NCBI RefSeq assembly: GCF_001194135.2
Contig: NC_069001.1
Coordinates: 7,819,514 to 7,864,443, forward strand
Direction of reading: 5' to 3'
Origin: Octopus bimaculoides
Lineage: Eukaryota
Length of the DNA stretch: 44,930 nt
In this document: positions 25,231 to 36,155 of the stretch, piece by piece
How positions within the stretch are numbered: the first letter of the stretch is position 1
Layout of the letters: each line of letters starts with the position of its first letter
Position numbers and translations under genes: made by a program
Notes under the pieces: model-generated
What the model was told of the DNA's origin: nothing
Database searches by the model: none
Seen by the model: only the letters and a program-made list of their open reading frames with translations

Positions 25231-25495
25231 CTCTTCTACTTTTTTAATTATTATAAATCATCCACTGAGGAGGGAGCCGGTTTCCAACAAAGATACAAAG
25301 TTCCATGTTTCGGATGTAATTAAGGCAGACAAATTCACATTTGGAACTTGAGAAAAGACTTGCATAGTTTTTGCTGTTCCACTCACAGATTGCACTTGTA
25401 ATGTACGAATAAGCCGGTCGATTTCTCTTTCTGAAAATCCCAGTTCATCCAGATTCTCCTTTAAGCATTTACTAACAAAACCCAGTGCTCCAATT
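25231..25495 (-). mobile_element. R4/Dong-like RLE LINE 3' end inside a (TACA)n tract
   Basis: IGALGFVSKCLKENLDELGFSEREIDRLIRTLQVQSVSGTAKT. The 3' UTR shares ctttgtatctttgtt with about 14860. (CATA)n on both sides. Confidence 0.85.
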
Positions 25496-25805
25496 ATGTA
25501 TGTATGTATGTATGTATGTATGTATGCATGTATGTATGTTCTTGGTTTAATTTTCAAATTTCTAATGAACAGAGAAAGAACCAGTTTCTTGCCAAGAAGC
25601 AGGACGTTTTCATTAGAATATAGACCACATCAGTGTGTTCTTGCACATATATGTGCACGAATATATGTGTATATATAATTTCATGGACATATATGTGTGT
25701 GTGTATGTATGCATAATGTTTTGCCTGTATATGTGTATGTATGCACGGGCACATATATTCATGTACACATGTATGTATGTATGTATGTATGTATGTATGT
25801 ATGTA

Positions 25806-25865
<60 letters not shown>

Positions 25866-26008
25866 NNNNNNNNNNNNNNNNNNNNNNNNNNNNNNNNNNN
25901 NNNNNNNNNNNNNNNNNNNNNNNNNNNNNNNNNNNNNNNNNNNNNNNNNNNNNNNNNNNNNNNNNNNNNNNNNNNNNNNNNNNNNNNNNNNNNNNNNNNN
26001 NNNNNNNN

Positions 26009-26041
<33 letters not shown>

Positions 26042-26214
26042 GCTGGCGTACACCCACCCACATGTCTGTGTATTTATGTATATGTGGGCGCGTGTGCTTC
26101 AATGGTGAATTCATCAATTCAAATTGATAGCAAACTGATAACGCATTCTCTGTTATTGACTGTTTTGCGCAAAAGTTCATGACCCATGAAACTAAACATA
26201 ACCATGTGTGTGTC

Positions 26215-26251
<37 letters not shown>

Positions 26252-26485
26252 AGATATGATAATATGTATATGTATATACGTGTGTGTGTGTTTACATATA
26301 TGCATATATGATATAATATGTATATGTATGTACGTGTATATATATATATATATATATATATACATAAAGAGTGAGAGAGAGTTACACGCATACATACATA
26401 TGCGTGTGTATGTTCTTATATATATATACACACAGGTATACGTGTGTGTGCGCGCGCGCCTTTATATATATATATATGCACATCT

Positions 26486-26540
<55 letters not shown>

Positions 26541-26801
26541 NNNNNNNNNNNNNNNNNNNNNNNNNNNNNNNNNNNNNNNNNNNNNNNNNNNNNNNNNNNN
26601 NNNNNNNNNNNNNNNNNNNNNNNNNNNNNNNNNNNNNNNNNNNNNNNNNNNNNNNNNNNNNNNNNNNNNNNNNNNNNNNNNNNNNNNNNNNNNNNNNNNN
26701 NNNNNNNNNNNNNNNNNNNNNNNNNNNNNNNNNNNNNNNNNNNNNNNNATACCCTATCGCAGAAATGTATGTCTATATGTATGTATGTATGTACATAAGC
26801 A

Positions 26802-26858
<57 letters not shown>

Positions 26859-27751
26859 TAGATCGAGTGATAATACTTTGAGAAACAATAAGTAACGGTT
26901 GACTTTTATTGTTGTTTTTGCTGGCATTTCAATGATTGAAAATCTTAACGTTCACAACTTATTGATCACCAGACCGTTTGACAGTAAAAAGACAATGAGT
27001 TCTATAATTTTGGAGAGAGAGGAAAAAATCAATCAAATATTTTGATACTTTTCTTCATCATTTTGTTTGTTTCTTTGTCGTGCTTTTTTGTATATTTTTC
27101 ATTGTTTTTTTTTTGTTTTTATTTTTGTCGCCTTTTCTGGTTATCGAAGTAAATTTTGTGTTTTTTGTTTGTTGTTTGTGTTTTGTTTGTTTGTTTCTTT
27201 TTTTTTTAAATCACGTCTATATATCACAATGGTTCATTGGTTGGTATGTTTCTGGTGTCACCCATTACGACAGTTACAAATGAATGCATTGTTAGTATAT
27301 AAAAACGTGAAATGTATTCCTATAGAATCGAACCGAGCTTAGCTGACGAGAGATAAGAAGTGGCTGAAGGAATAACAACAACAACAACAACAACAACGAT
27401 GACAACGACCGCCATCTCCAACATCAACACCACGAAAGTTTATCGTATTCCACGCCCATTGCAGGAGTTGAACCCGGAAACACATGCTAAGTAAATACAA
27501 TGGTCTTTTGTCGGACAGTGTTAAACATGAAACGTTCTGTAATTTGAATGGAAATTTGAATTTCGAAAAGAAAAAGAATTGGTGTGATCAGGGATGGGAG
27601 TCTTTCTTATGAATGTGAAAAAAATTTCTGAATCGATAACTATAGACGGGACAGTCGTTACAGGAAAGCTAAAAGAAAAACTGATTCTACGAAATGAAGA
27701 AAAAACTGGACGGGTTTTCATTTGATTTGATATGATCTAGTTTCAGCTCAT

Positions 27752-27885
27752 GAACTGTGGCCATGCTGGAGCATTGGTCACGATTAAAACGCTTTCGTTT
27801 ATTCTGATCAACCATAGGGTCGATATGACTTACATAGGCAAGGCAGTGAGCTGGCAGAGTCGTTAGCACGCTGGACGAAATGCTT
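27752..27885. mobile_element. SINE fragments: module D piece then family A head
   Basis: actgtggccatgctggagca; ggcagtgagctggcagagtcgttagcacgctggacgaaatgctt. Confidence 0.7.
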
Positions 27886-28006
27886 CCCAGACCGGCCATT
27901 GTGAGTGCTTATTGAGTGAAAACACCTAAAGCTCCACGGGGTTTTAGGTACTCTGCTGTACTCTTCCACTACAACTTTCTCTTACTCTTTCTTCCTGTTT
28001 CTGTTG

Positions 28007-28119
28007 TACCTGTATTTCAAAGGGCCAGTCTTGTCACACTCTGTGTCGCGCTGAATCTTCCCGAGAACTACGTTAAGAGTACACGTGTCTGTGGAGTGCT
28101 CAGCCACTTGCACGTTAAT
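28007..28119 (+). mobile_element. SINE family C internal fragment
   Basis: tacctgtatttcaaagggccagtcttgtcacactctgtgtcgcgctgaatc...gtggagtgctcagccacttgcacgttaat. Confidence 0.85.
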
Positions 28120-29464
28120 AAATGAGCTGCGACGAGCTTTGCCTTTCCTTTGGATAACATCAGTGGCATGGAGNNNNNNNNNNNNNNNNNNNNNNNNNNN
28201 NNNNNNNNNNNNNNNNNNNNNNNNNNNNNNNNNNNNNNNNNNNNNNNNNNNNNNNNNNNNNNNNNNNNNNNNNNNNNNNNNNNNNNNNNNNNNNNNNNNN
28301 NNNNNNNNNNNNNNNNNNNNNNNNNNNNNNNNNNNNNNNNNNNNNNNNNNNNNNNNNNNNNNNNNNNNNNNNNNNNNNNNNNNNNNNNNNNNNNNNNNNN
28401 NNNNNNNNNNNNNNNNNNNNNNNNNNNNNNNNNNNNNNNNNNNNNNNNNNNNNNNNNNNNNNNNNNNNNNNNNNNNNNNNNNNNNNNNNNNNNNNNNNNN
28501 NNNNNNNNNNNNNNNNNNNNNNNNNNNNNNNNNNNNNNNNNNNNNNNNNNNNNNNNNNNNNNNNNNNNNNNNNNNNNNNNNNNNNNNNNNNNNNNNNNNN
28601 NNNNNNNNNNNNNNNNNNNNNNNNNNNNNNNNNNNNNNNNNNNNNNNNNNNNNNNNNNNNNNNNNNNNNNNNNNNNNNNNNNNNNNNNNNNNNNNNNNNN
28701 NNNNNNNNNNNNNNNNNNNNNNNNNNNNNNNNNNNNNNNNNNNNNNNNNNNNNNNNNGACGAAATTCTGTCTCGTGTTTTCCCAACAAATTCCATAACAA
28801 CCAGAAATCTACAGATCTTTCTCTCCATTCCAGTTAGAATCAAAACCATTAATCCTTTCTCGTTGGTTTCAAATCGACATTTCTTTCTTTCTTTCATTCT
28901 TTCTTTGATTCTTTATTTATTTATTTTTTTTTGGTCTTAAATATCAAATAGACAAAGAAGGAAAAACGAAGGAAAGGGACACAGATTACTAAACGAAACA
29001 CTCTTTATCGCCATTCCTTGTAGAAATGGACTAAAAATTCTTATCACACATTACACATCACCGTATTTCCGTTTATCAATATCGGACCTAAGATGGATAA
29101 TAATTCTTTAAGCTCATTCTTAAAAGTAAAGCTTTTTGAATATTCATTATTTGAGCCTCGCTTTTGATTTAAAACTTGACTGCAATAAACGACGAAGACG
29201 AAAGCGGCAAAGACGACGTTGTCGCGTTCGTTTTCTTTGCCTCCACCGATATTAAGTGCACGCGCATATCCTCCGACTGACTGACTGCTACAGACGGCAA
29301 TTATAAGGTCAAACTTCAGATATCATCCATATTGTGTCGTTGCATTAATGTCTGAACCGATGCATTCGTACAAATTGAAAACTAAAACAACAACAAAAAA
29401 AAAAAGAATCCTATAAACTGCAACAAAACAAACAACGATCACCCGATATGAACATATTTGGCAT

Positions 29465-29572
29465 AAATATTAATAAATATGAGAATACGAGAAATGTTCA
29501 ATATTGCTATAATTCACAGCCAAACAGCTCGGCTGTCAAAATATCATAAATATGGCGTTTATTACTCAGATT
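29465..29572 (+). repeat. Copy 1 of a diverged ~108-bp direct repeat
   Basis: Shares exact blocks of 15, 20, 10 and 19 bp with 30041-30148. Confidence 0.9.
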
Positions 29573-29844
29573 GAAAGACTTCCATTTTTTTCTTTTTAAA
29601 TTTCATTTAAATTTCATTATTGTGGTTGAGTTAAAGAAAGGAAGGTCTTTTTCACTGTTTCCGAAGGTGGGAGGAGAGCAGCGATCTTTACAAAGTGCTT
29701 TCAACGAAATAAACTAAGCTAAATAAAAAAAGAAAAGAGAGAAAACGAAATCATATGATCAGGTGAAGTGTTAAACGGAGAGACGAATTAAATCTTCAAT
29801 AGAAGAACACGAAATCTCCCCATCGTGCTTCCACACAGTCTCTG

Positions 29845-30008
29845 TTTAAATCTATCATCTGCCGTTTAAGCCTACCGTTTAAAACTACCGTTTAATTTAC
29901 CATTTAACTCTTCCATCTACCGTGTAAATCTACCGTTTAAATCCACCATCTAGCGTTTTAATCAACCGTTTAAATCTACCAGTGCCGTATAAATATGCTG
30001 TTTAAATC
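29845..30008. repeat. Degenerate 12-13 bp minisatellite (ctaccgtttaaat)
   Basis: Recurring ctaccgtttaa / ccgtttaaatc units. Confidence 0.8.
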
Positions 30009-30040
30009 TCTCGCTTGAATGTACAATTTAAATATACCTT

Positions 30041-30148
30041 AAATATTAATAAATACGAAAATAAAGGGAGAGTTCAATATTGCTATAATTCGCAACGAAA
30101 CAGCTCGACTTTACAAACATTATAAATATGGCGTTTATTATTAAGATT
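30041..30148 (+). repeat. Copy 2 of the ~108-bp direct repeat
   Basis: See 29465-29572; offset 576 bp. Confidence 0.9.
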
Positions 30149-30278
30149 CTTTGAGATATTGCTTTTTGATGAAACTTTGCAAACTGGGTGTTTATATTAA
30201 TTTTAGCGAATCGCTAAATCATCCAGTAATTTGGATGACGAAAACATAAATACTGATGGCGAAACGAGTCCGGAAAAA

Positions 30279-30359
30279 GCCGAACAATCGAGCAGTCTTA
30301 AGTGATGAGGCAACGGAAATTGCCGAAACTGACGTCAGTATTAAGAATTCTCGATCGGC
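30279..30359 (+). ncRNA. Type I hammerhead ribozyme motif with C3G substitution
   Basis: tcttaa-GTGATGA-ggcaa(cggaaa)ttgcc-GAAA-ctg(acgt)cag-TA-ttaaga; stem I extended by tcgag/ctcga and gccga/tcggc. Confidence 0.75.
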
Positions 30360-30412
30360 ACTTTTCGGACGATTATGGTCCCTGCTAGGGTATGTGTTTT
30401 CATTCATGTGCG

Positions 30413-30626
30413 TAACTTCAGTCATTTGACTGTGGCCATGCTGGAGCACCGCCTTTAGTCGAGCAAATCGACTCCAGGACTTATTCTTTGTAAGCCTAGT
30501 ACTTATTCTATCGGTACTTATTCTATCTCCGCTAAGTTACGGGGACGTAAACACACCAGCATCGGTTGTCAAGCGATGTTGGGGGGACAAACACAAACAC
30601 ACAAACATATACACACACGCAAACAC

Positions 30627-30679
<53 letters not shown>

Positions 30680-30823
30680 ACGGGTTTCTTTCAGTTTCCG
30701 TCTACCAAATCCACTCACAAGGCTTTTAGTCGGCCCGAGGCTATAGTAGAAGGTGCCACGCAGTGGGACTGAACCCGGAACCATGTGGTTCGTAAGCAAG
30801 CTACTTACTACACAGCCACTCCT
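30413..30823 (-). mobile_element. Composite SINE: family B half + internal microsatellite + module D
   Basis: Minus strand reads B head/CORE (30823-30678, small deletion), (TA)n/(TG)n, then D (30600-30413) colinearly. Confidence 0.85.
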
Positions 30824-30825
30824 GC

Positions 30826-31015
30826 GTCTGGCAAAAATGAGTTGCACCAGTATTTGAAATCAAAGGGCCAGCCATGTCACATTCAAATCTCACTGAGAAC
30901 TACGTTAAGGGTTACACGCGTCTGTAGAGTACTCAGCCAATTGCACGTTAATTTCACGAGCATGCTGTTTCGTTGCTCGGATCAACTGGAACACTAGTCG
31001 TCGTAAGATGCAACA
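30826..31015 (+). mobile_element. SINE family C, 5'-truncated
   Basis: ctggcaaaaatgagt...aaagggccagcc...gagaactacgttaagggttacacgcgtctgt...ggatcaactggaacac. Confidence 0.85.
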
Positions 31016-31320
31016 CGGAGATTTTACAGCTATTTCTAGCTGAGCATGCAAAGGTTCCTCGTTGATTCACCGTAATAGCACTTGTTGCTTTTGCTGTTGT
31101 TGTTGTTACTGCTTTTTTTATTGTTGCTGTAGTGCTGGGCTTGTTTGCTTGTTCGAATACTGGGCTNNNNNNNNNNGGAGCAGAGGGGGAAGTGAAAACG
31201 GATGTATGCGTATGTGTATGCGTGTGTGTGTATGTGTTTGTGTATGTGTGTACGTATGTGTATGCGCACGTATGTGTGTATGAATACTCAAGTGTTTCCG
31301 TGTGTATAGGAACTCGCTCG

Positions 31321-31357
<37 letters not shown>

Positions 31358-32165
31358 TGTCTGTGTATGTGTGTGTCCATGTTTGTTTATGTGTTTATGC
31401 ATGTACATATGTGTGTATATGTTTGTGGGCTTGTGTATATGTACGCCCGTGTATGTGCGTGCGTGCCTACGCGTGGGCACGCGCGTGTGTGTGTAAGTGT
31501 ATTTGTGCGTACGCACAGATGTTTGGATTAACTTGTTTGGTCTGATTGCGGTGCGCGTGTGTGTGAAGTATGTGTGGTGTGTGTGTTTTGTTTTTATGTC
31601 TATGGGCTATGTGTGTGTGTGTATTTTTGTGTATGATTGCACGTCCGTGTGTGTGTATGCGTGTTCGTGTGCTTATGTTGTTTGTGTGTAAGCACAGGCA
31701 CGTGTGTTTGGATTAATTCGTTCGGTCTGAATGGCAACCATCGATTCGGTCGCCATGAATTATGGAACATACCNNNNNNNNNNNNNNNNNNNNNNNNNNN
31801 NNNNNNNNNNNNNNNNNNNNNNNNNNNNNNNNNNNNNNNNNNNNNNNNNNNNNNNNNNNNNNNNNNNNNNNNNNNNNNNNNNNNNNNNNNNNNNNNNNNN
31901 NNNNNNNNNNNNNNNNNNNNNNNNNNNNNNNNNNNNNNNNNNNNNNNNNNNNNNNNNNNNNNNNNNNNNNNNNNNNNNNNNNNNNNNNNNNNNNNNNNNN
32001 NNNNNNNNNNNNNNNNNNNNNNNNNNNNNNNNNNNNNNNNNNNNNNNNNNNNNNNNNNNNNNNCGATTACGGGAAACTTGTTGAATATGCATATAAAAGC
32101 ACCTATTTGATTATGCTGGTCATCTGGCAATAACAGTTTTTGGTAGAGTTGCACTGAGCTGTGCC

Positions 32166-32209
<44 letters not shown>

Positions 32210-32211
32210 CC

Positions 32212-32623
32212 TTTCTATTATAGGCACAAGGCCTGAAATTTTGGGGGAGGGGACTAGCCGATTACATCGACCCCAGAATTTCACTGGTACTTAATTTATC
32301 GAACCCGAAAGGATGAAAGGTAAAGTTGACCTCGGCGGAATTTGAACTCAGAACGTAGCGACAGGCGAAATACCGCTAGGTATTTTGTCCAGCGTGCTAA
32401 CGATTCTGCCAGTTCGCCGCCAAATCTTGGTAGACGGTCAGCAATTTTGGGAGAAAGGATAAGTCGACAGGATCGAACCCACTGCTCAACTGGTACTTAT
32501 TTTAACGACTTCGATGAAAGGCAAAATCGACCTTGGTGGAATTTTGAATTCAGAACCTAAGGACGGACAAAATGTCGCTAATCGTTTTGCCCGGCATGCT
32601 AACGATTCTGCCAGCTCGCAACC
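32212..32623 (-). mobile_element. Two head-to-tail SINE family A copies
   Basis: ggatgaaaggtaaagttgacctcggcggaatttgaactcagaacg, followed by a second copy ending ctgccagctcgc. Confidence 0.9.
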
Positions 32624-33117
32624 TTCGAATAAATATATATTAAATACCAAACAAAATAAATCAAGGATTTTTTGAAATTAGAGTTCGTTTTCTGTTTTTA
32701 AAGTGCTTTTATTTTTAATACAGAAAAACGATAAGCGTTGGTTGAACAGAGGACTCAGTAGATTTATATTTATTATTATATTTATTAGACATTTTGAATG
32801 ACCTCCACTGGTGAAATTTATGAGTGTATAAAAAGCAAATTATTTACGTCGATGAAGTCTGGAAAGAAAGACTAACGACAGTGTTGGAATCTAACAAAAA
32901 CTTGTGAATGAGAAATGGCAAATGAGGTTGGCGGATGCCCCGTCCATACCGTACATCAGCCAGTAAGTAGTTGCCTATCAGTGCGTTTACGCTTGAGTCG
33001 ATACACAATATGCATACCTGCATGGAATGTGATGGACGATGTTGGTATGTGTCTGTATACAGAAATGATATATAGGTAAATACATTCTGCATATAAATAT
33101 ATAAATGTAGATATACT

Positions 33118-33148
<31 letters not shown>

Positions 33149-34473
33149 CTATCTATCTATCTATCTATATACATATATATACACACACACACACACACAN
33201 NNNNNNNNNNNNNNNNNNNNNNNNNNNNNNNNNNNNNNNNNNNNNNNNNNNNNNNNNNNNNNNNNNNNNNNNNNNNNNNNNNNNNNNNNNNNNNNNNNNN
33301 NNNNNNNNNNNNNNNNNNNNNNNNNNNNNNNNNNNNNNNNNNNNNNNNNNNNNNNNNNNNNNNNNNNNNNNNNNNNNNNNNNNNNNNNNNNNNNNNNNNN
33401 NNNNNNNNNNNNNNNNNNNNNNNNNNNNNNNNNNNNNNNNNNNNNNNNNNNNNNNNNNNNNNNNNNNNNNNNNNNNNNNNNNNNNNNNNNNNNNNNNNNN
33501 NNNNNNNNNNNNNNNNNNNNNNNNNNNNNNNNNNNNNNNNNNNNNNNNNNNNNNNNNNNNNNNNNNNNNNNNNNNNNNNNNNNNNNNNNNNNNNNNNNNN
33601 NNNNNNNNNNNNNNNNNNNNNNNNNNNNNNNNNNNNNNNNNNNNNNNNNNNNNNNNNNNNNNNNNNNNNNNNNNNNNNNNNNNNNNNNNNNNNNNNNNNN
33701 NNNNNNNNNNNNNNNNNNNNNNNNNNNNNNNNNNNNNNNNNNNNNNNNNNNNNNNNNNNNNNNNNNNNNNNNNNNNNNNNNNNNNNNNNNNNNNNNNNNN
33801 NNNNNNNNNNACACCATCAACCCTTTACCTAATGCACTCTATTTATCTTTCTTTTTTTTTCTGTTTTCTTCTCAAATACTAACCTTCCATTTTCGATATA
33901 AATAAATAACACACCCTTCCCTCTGCCCCACCCCATCCCATCCCCAGCGAAAAAATACACGATCAAACACAAAAAAAAAAGATACATGAATTAACAAACA
34001 AACAAACGTATAAAAAACCTAATATAATGCGAAATCAATGAGACAAACTATATTTTAATCAGAGCAAAACCGTTTCATGTCTTTTAGGAACTGGTCCCTT
34101 ACACACATCCATACATAATCCTCTTAAAATCTCGCAGCATAAATATTTCCTTTTGTCACGTCTTCTTGCATATATTTCACATTCAGCCAATATACTTTAC
34201 TCTTATCTCTATAAACATCGCCATTTTGTGTTACCGTTATATATATATAAATATATATATATAAATATATATGCCATCATTTTAGCAGACATCTTATGGT
34301 ATATTATTTTAGCTATTTTATATTTTTACTTTGTATTTTGCTGTGATTTTGTTACTTTTTTTAATGAAAAAAAAATTCGAGATAGCAGCTTCTAGCTTCC
34401 AAGACAATGATTAATAATGGTCTATGTTAACTAAGCAAAACACACATTCGCTCACTCTTACTGTTATTCTCCA

Positions 34474-34519
<46 letters not shown>

Positions 34520-35039
34520 ACAAGAATACATACATATTTACCTCATATATGTGTGTATGTATGTGTATGTATGTGTATGCTTATGTATATGCATGTATAT
34601 ATGTATGTATGTATGCATGAATGTATGCATGTATGTGTGTGTACGTTTGTATGCATACATATATACATATATGCTTACATAGCTATCTAATACATATGCT
34701 TGTATGCGCGTGCGAGCGTGTGTAATGTAGAATTGAAGACACGAAGACACGACTGTGTTTAAGTTGAATGTTTTTTGTCTTTTTTTTTCGTTTTCCTTTG
34801 TACTTCTTTATGTTTAGATTTGAGTATTGACGGTCTTATAGACATTAATGTTTCCAGACCTTCCTTCCTTATCTTCTGAATGAGTTGACGATGACGGCGC
34901 GTTCTCGCTACGTCTTGTAATAGACAGCAGCGGATCATGGGAATAATGACGTAACAAACGCAATCATCAACTCCTCCCCCTCCCCCGCTCCACCGCCGCC
35001 AGTCTAAAAACAACTATTTATATCATTCGTCTTTCATTT

Positions 35040-35225
35040 TTTTTTTTTTTACTTGTTTCACATATTGGATTGCGGCCATGCTGGGGCACTGCTTTGAAGT
35101 GTTTAGTCGAACAAATCGACACCGTACTGATTTTTCTCTGTTATATATACTATCTGCTTATTTTGCCGAACCAGTAAGTTACGGAAACGTAAGCAAACCA
35201 ACACCGGTTGTCAAGCTGTGGTGAC
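35040..35225 (-). mobile_element. SINE module D, diverged
   Basis: ttacttgtttcacat...tgcggccatgctggggcac...gccgaaccagtaagttacggaaacgtaagc. Confidence 0.8.
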
Positions 35226-35479
35226 ATTCTTCCTTTATTAAGATCGTGGGTTGTAACTGGACAGGCATTTAAATAGGAAATCATTATAGCCTGAATAGGA
35301 AATGATAGCATCCTCAAAGCCGTTATTGACAACTCTGTGGAGAATAGGCAAGAACATGCACCAATATGGCCGCTTTCTTTTTACAGTACTTCTTGATTAC
35401 TGGAACAAAATGGCTGAAAAACTAATCTGCAAAAATTACGACAATCTCTCAAGCCTTGACGTTTGACATCCATCTAAAT

Positions 35480-35760
35480 TGGAGCGATAGCTATGAAAAT
35501 CTGCTCTTGAATTATATTCCAGAAAAAGGCCAGTCTCATCTGGGGAATAAAACTGTTCTCTTCAATAATCTGCGCCCACAGATGCAGTTTCACCTTCGAC
35601 GCTAATGTTATGAAAATGGCGTCGCAGCTTGAATCTATAAAACATCTTTATTGGCCTTGAAATCCTCTTTCACATAGTTCTTGAGGACTTCTTCTTAAGG
35701 TCGATGTACAATGAAAGCATATTCTCTTGAATTACTACGTGGCTTGTGGAGATAAGTCAC
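35480..35760 (+). mobile_element. Very decayed mariner-like transposase C-terminal relic
   Basis: With frameshifts: KRPVSSGNKTVLFNNLRP (cf. KRP...RK.V.FHHDNARPH) and EDFFLRSMYNESIFS*ITTW (cf. FF.SK...FY..GI..L..RW). Confidence 0.3.
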
Positions 35761-35974
35761 GTGTTTGCCGTTCAAGCCAAAGAAAAAGAAGCTATTCCAC
35801 TTCATATTTTTACCTTTTTTTTTTCTTGGAGATAACGTCACTCTTCATCCTGAGAAAGTATTGATCGGAATGAAGATATTGAAGAAGAAAGTAAAATGAG
35901 CGAAAAAGTAAAAGATGCCACTATATTATGTAAAACCCATTTGTCGAAGACATTATCGTGTTTGTTGTTTATCT

Positions 35975-36150
35975 CCGTTTAAATCCTGATTCAACAAGTC
36001 TATGATCCAAGGCATCCTGGTTGTGTCTATCGCGTCTTATAAGCGGTTTAAAGGACTACATTATCAAATGTCCTTTCCTTATTTGAGACTCTAAGGTGGG
36101 ATTTGAAATATATTTACTTGCTAATTCTAGCTAGTCAAGCGACTTTGTAG
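35975..36150 (+). mobile_element. Probable old SINE-like repeat fragment
   Basis: gatccaaggcatcctggttgtgtctatc...ggactacattatcaaatgtcc...gatttg...ttctagc resembles a recalled octopus interspersed repeat; single copy in this window. Confidence 0.35.
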
Positions 36151-36155
36151 CTATT

